A program made the translations under genes and the position numbers. From the NCBI GenBank assembly GCA_016840085.1, contig JAEOTA010000086.1, forward strand, positions 137,130 to 201,129: DNA of 64,000 nucleotides, in the 5' to 3' direction. Below are positions 61,538 to 64,000 of the stretch, one piece after another (positions within the stretch are counted from its first letter, which is position 1; the number at the start of each line of letters is the position of its first letter). The DNA is from Promethearchaeota archaeon. Its GTDB lineage: Archaea > Asgardarchaeota > Lokiarchaeia > Sigyniarchaeales > SOKP01. Under the pieces are notes generated by a model. The model saw nothing but the letters and a program-made list of their open reading frames with translations, ran no database searches and was not told where the DNA came from.

Positions 61538-61615
61538 CAGTTCCCTGAAATATCCTTGAAAACAAGTAAAGCCAATGGGTGAGGTGAGTATTCAACGGAA
61601 TCGATCAGGGAACTG
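61538..61615. repeat. 78-bp hairpin/MITE-like element, copy 2
   Basis: Perfect 11-bp terminal inverted repeat CAGTTCCCTGA/TCAGGGAACTG; inner stem TCCTTGAA/TTCAACGGA. Confidence 0.8.
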
Positions 61616-61616
61616 C

Positions 61617-61765
61617 TAATAGTGTCAACTTAATAGCATTAATTATTAGTCTTATTATAAAAAGTTCTTCAACCAACGACTGACTTCTATACGCTCACCA
61701 AATACGCGTTCAATACGATGCTTAAGTCCACTTCTGAACTGTTGATCTTTAAAGTACTTTTGTTT
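61617..61765 (-). pseudogene. DDE transposase remnant with an IS4-family-like end
   Basis: Minus-strand 61765-61655 reads KQKYFKDQQFRSGLKHRIERVFGERIEVSRWLKNFL* (IERxFG DDE motif). TAATAGTGTCAACTTAA at 61617-61633 resembles IS4/IS231-type TIRs (recalled, not searched). Confidence 0.55.
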
Positions 61766-61995
61766 CTAAAATCAAACTACTATCGTTGTGCTAAAGGCTT
61801 TTAAGGAAACATATCTGCTAATTACTATTCTATTTTGTGTCAATTATAGGAGTAATCATGAAATATTATTTAGAATAGAAATACTTTTTCTTTCAACTTC
61901 CATTTGAGATAGATAAATATTAATTGAGATTTGATCATTTATTTAATGAAGAAAAATATTCTTATATTTATAATTAGTTATGTGCAATAGTAGAA

Positions 61996-62223
61996 ATGGT
62001 AATTGAAGAGAGAATTGAAACAGATCCTGAAATTTGTCATGGTAAACCTCGCATAAAAGGAACACGAATAATAATTTCAATTATCCTTGAATGGTTAGAA
62101 GCGGGAAAGACATTTGAGGAAATTATGGATGCTTACCCTGAATTATCCAAAGAGGATATATCTGCTACGGTTAGATATGCAAGAAAATCAATCGAGGAAG
62201 AGAAAAGTGCCTCAATCTCATGA
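61996..62223 (+). CDS. DUF433 antitoxin-like protein
   Basis: DPEICHGKPRIKGTRI...EEIMDAYPEL. Confidence 0.92.
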   Translation: MVIEERIETDPEICHGKPRIKGTRIIISIILEWLEAGKTFEEIMDAYPELSKEDISATVRYARKSIEEEKSASIS

Positions 62224-62572
62224 CGCTAAATTTTTGTTGGATGAAAATGTATCTAATAACTTAAGAAAGCTATTAATCTCAAAAGGATATGATGCTATTA
62301 CAGTTCAAGAATTGAACAAAAGAGGGGCGAAAAATAGCGAACTTATAGAAATAGCGAGAAAAAAAAGTCGAATTCTTATAACATATGATAAAGATTTTAT
62401 TGAATTTAATCATGAGAGTGATAATTATTTAATTCTAATTGATATCCACCCTTTAATTGATGAAAGTGTGCTTCCAAACTTTGAAAAGTTTCTAAATTCA
62501 TTCTCTTTTGAAGAATTAGAAAATAATTGTATTATTTTGAAGGAAGATGAAATAATTTTAAAAAAGAAATAA
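62207..62572 (+). CDS. DUF5615/Mut7-C PIN-like toxin
   Basis: FLLDENV...RILITYDKDF. The likely start is GTG at 62207 after GAGGA, overlapping the DUF433 gene. Confidence 0.88.
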   Translation: MPQSHDAKFLLDENVSNNLRKLLISKGYDAITVQELNKRGAKNSELIEIARKKSRILITYDKDFIEFNHESDNYLILIDIHPLIDESVLPNFEKFLNSFSFEELENNCIILKEDEIILKKK

Positions 62573-62694
62573 ATTAGATATTTATGGACAATAGTTAACT
62601 TCTACTATGATTCCCTATGTAAAAATTCGCATAAACAATTTAATGTGTTTTAGATTTATAATTTAATAAGTAAAATTAAATTTGATTAGTAAAA

Positions 62695-63684
62695 ATGTCA
62701 TATGAAGAAATCTCGAAAGTTCATAAGGAACTTGGTAAATTAATAGAGGAAAGTTTTGAATTTAGAAGAAAGATAGCCAGAGAGTTTGCGACTCAAAAAG
62801 GCATACCGCTTAGGGATTTAGCATCAGGAAATGTAGATGATAAAACCATGTTAGAATTTAATAGACATATTTCAAATAATTTAGGAAAGGAAAGAACTAA
62901 AAATATCCCCAAAGATGTACGTATAGAACCATTTAAAATTGGACGCATTCCTGCTGAGTGGATTTCCATTCCTGGAGCTAATGAAAAAAACGTATTTTAT
63001 AATTTATTTGGGGGAGGTTATATCATGGGTACTTTAGAAAGTCGTCGATGGATTCCCTATCACATTTCGCGAGCCACCCATTTACGATGCTTAAACATTG
63101 AGTACCAGTTGGCTCCAGAATATCCTTTTCCGGCAGCTTTAGAGGATTCAATTGACTCATACAAATGGCTAATATCGAAAGGCTTTGACCCGAAAAAAAT
63201 AATCATTGGTGGTGAATCGGCAGGTGGCGGATTAGCAATCGCAACTTTACTAAAACTAAAAGAGTTAAAATTATCACTTCCCGCTGCAGGAGTTTTGATG
63301 TCACCATGGGTAGATCTTACGGGAAGTGGAGAATCCATTATTAGAAACCAAAGATTTGAGCCCTTAATAAAAGACGGATTAATAAACATGGCAAAATCAT
63401 ATGCCCAGAAGGAACCCCTTACTAGTCCCCTAATTTCACCAGTGTTTGCCGATCTAAAAGAATTACCTCCTTTACTTATCCACGCTGGTGGAATTGAAGC
63501 ATTAGTAGACGACTCAATCTCCTTAGCCGAACGAGCAAAAAAAGATGGAGTAGAGGTTAAACTTGAAGTATATGAGAATATGACTCATGTTTTTCAAAAT
63601 TTTGGGGAGCAACTATCCGAAAGTAGAAAAGCGTTTGAATGCATAAATGAGTTTATCAAGAAATTCTTGGCAAGCTCTAAATAA
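62695..63684 (+). CDS. Hormone-sensitive-lipase-family esterase
   Basis: FGGGY (HGG-like oxyanion motif), YQLAPEYPFPAA, GESAGG, SPWVD, HVFQ. Confidence 0.92.
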   Translation: MSYEEISKVHKELGKLIEESFEFRRKIAREFATQKGIPLRDLASGNVDDKTMLEFNRHISNNLGKERTKNIPKDVRIEPFKIGRIPAEWISIPGANEKNVFYNLFGGGYIMGTLESRRWIPYHISRATHLRCLNIEYQLAPEYPFPAALEDSIDSYKWLISKGFDPKKIIIGGESAGGGLAIATLLKLKELKLSLPAAGVLMSPWVDLTGSGESIIRNQRFEPLIKDGLINMAKSYAQKEPLTSPLISPVFADLKELPPLLIHAGGIEALVDDSISLAERAKKDGVEVKLEVYENMTHVFQNFGEQLSESRKAFECINEFIKKFLASSK

Positions 63685-63824
63685 ATCAGTGAAAGCAAGT
63701 GAGATGTTAAAGCTCGATAAGCCACCCGCCCCTAAAATTGTAAACAATGAGATTATTATTCGATAAATTTCGGTAGTTTTTAAATTGAATTCTCATCCAA
63801 AAAAAAAAGTTAAAATAACTGATT

Positions 63825-64000
63825 CTATTTATTGTGATTTTGTGGTGGAGGCACATTATCCAAAAGTTCAGTCACATACCCAAACATTTCTCTGGTATCA
63901 TAATACACAAATCTATTGGTCGGAAGAACACCACTAATAATTCGTTTTATTCCCTTTGAATCCCATTTCTTAAGTTCCTCATCAATATTCTCCACCATAA
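63825..64000 (-). CDS. 3' end of a VOC/glyoxalase-family protein (truncated by the window edge)
   Basis: ...MVENIDEELKKWDSKGIKRIISG...FVYYDTREMFGYVTELLD...*. Confidence 0.6.
   Translation of the reverse strand, partial: MVENIDEELKKWDSKGIKRIISGVLPTNRFVYYDTREMFGYVTELLDNVPPPQNHNK

Noticed and set aside
58941-61615. Hairpins as integron attC sites
   Set aside because: The polarity is wrong (GTT at the 5' end and AAC at the 3' end, rather than RYYYAAC...GTTRRRY). No integrase or regular cassette array is visible.
61617-61800. Structured ncRNA (omega/HEARO RNA or self-splicing intron fragment)
   Set aside because: No diagnostic helices were found. The minus-strand IERVFG reading frame explains the higher GC better.
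491-63389. Numerous short antisense or overlapping ORFs in the six-frame track (e.g. 4146-4604, 11563-11973, 19015-19419, 38877-39086, 63060-63389)
   Set aside because: They are shadow ORFs opposite well-supported genes, with no motifs.

Overview
AT-rich archaeal chromosome segment. It is almost certainly Asgard (Lokiarchaeia-like), based on the conserved lokiactin, a Rab-like small GTPase, a Roadblock protein, an SDS22-type LRR protein and eIF5A/FEN1/Nob1/SRP54/RpoK. Most of 0-34 kb is housekeeping and metabolic genes. 44-58 kb is a 12-gene hdrCB-frhB-hdrA-mvhD-flx-like electron-bifurcation operon. 58-64 kb is an accessory patch with repeats, an IS remnant, wHTH genes and a DUF433/PIN toxin-antitoxin pair. 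The most striking feature is at 34.5-35.6 kb. An intact tRNA-Val(CAC) with a non-canonical 44/45 intron is followed by a tandem-HNH endonuclease gene. That gene's stop codon abuts a second, decaying tRNA 3' half carrying a different (59/60) intron. This looks like a ~1-kb integrase-free selfish cassette that homes into a tRNA gene, supplies a replacement 3' half and changes the tRNA's intron pattern. Other notable items: a GATC-repeat array upstream of the hdr operon, a gene-replacement scar in hdrA, a DapA-like/APH-kinase-like fusion with altered catalytic residues, and a dispersed ~75-bp hairpin element. All annotations come from motif recognition by eye; no database searches were run.
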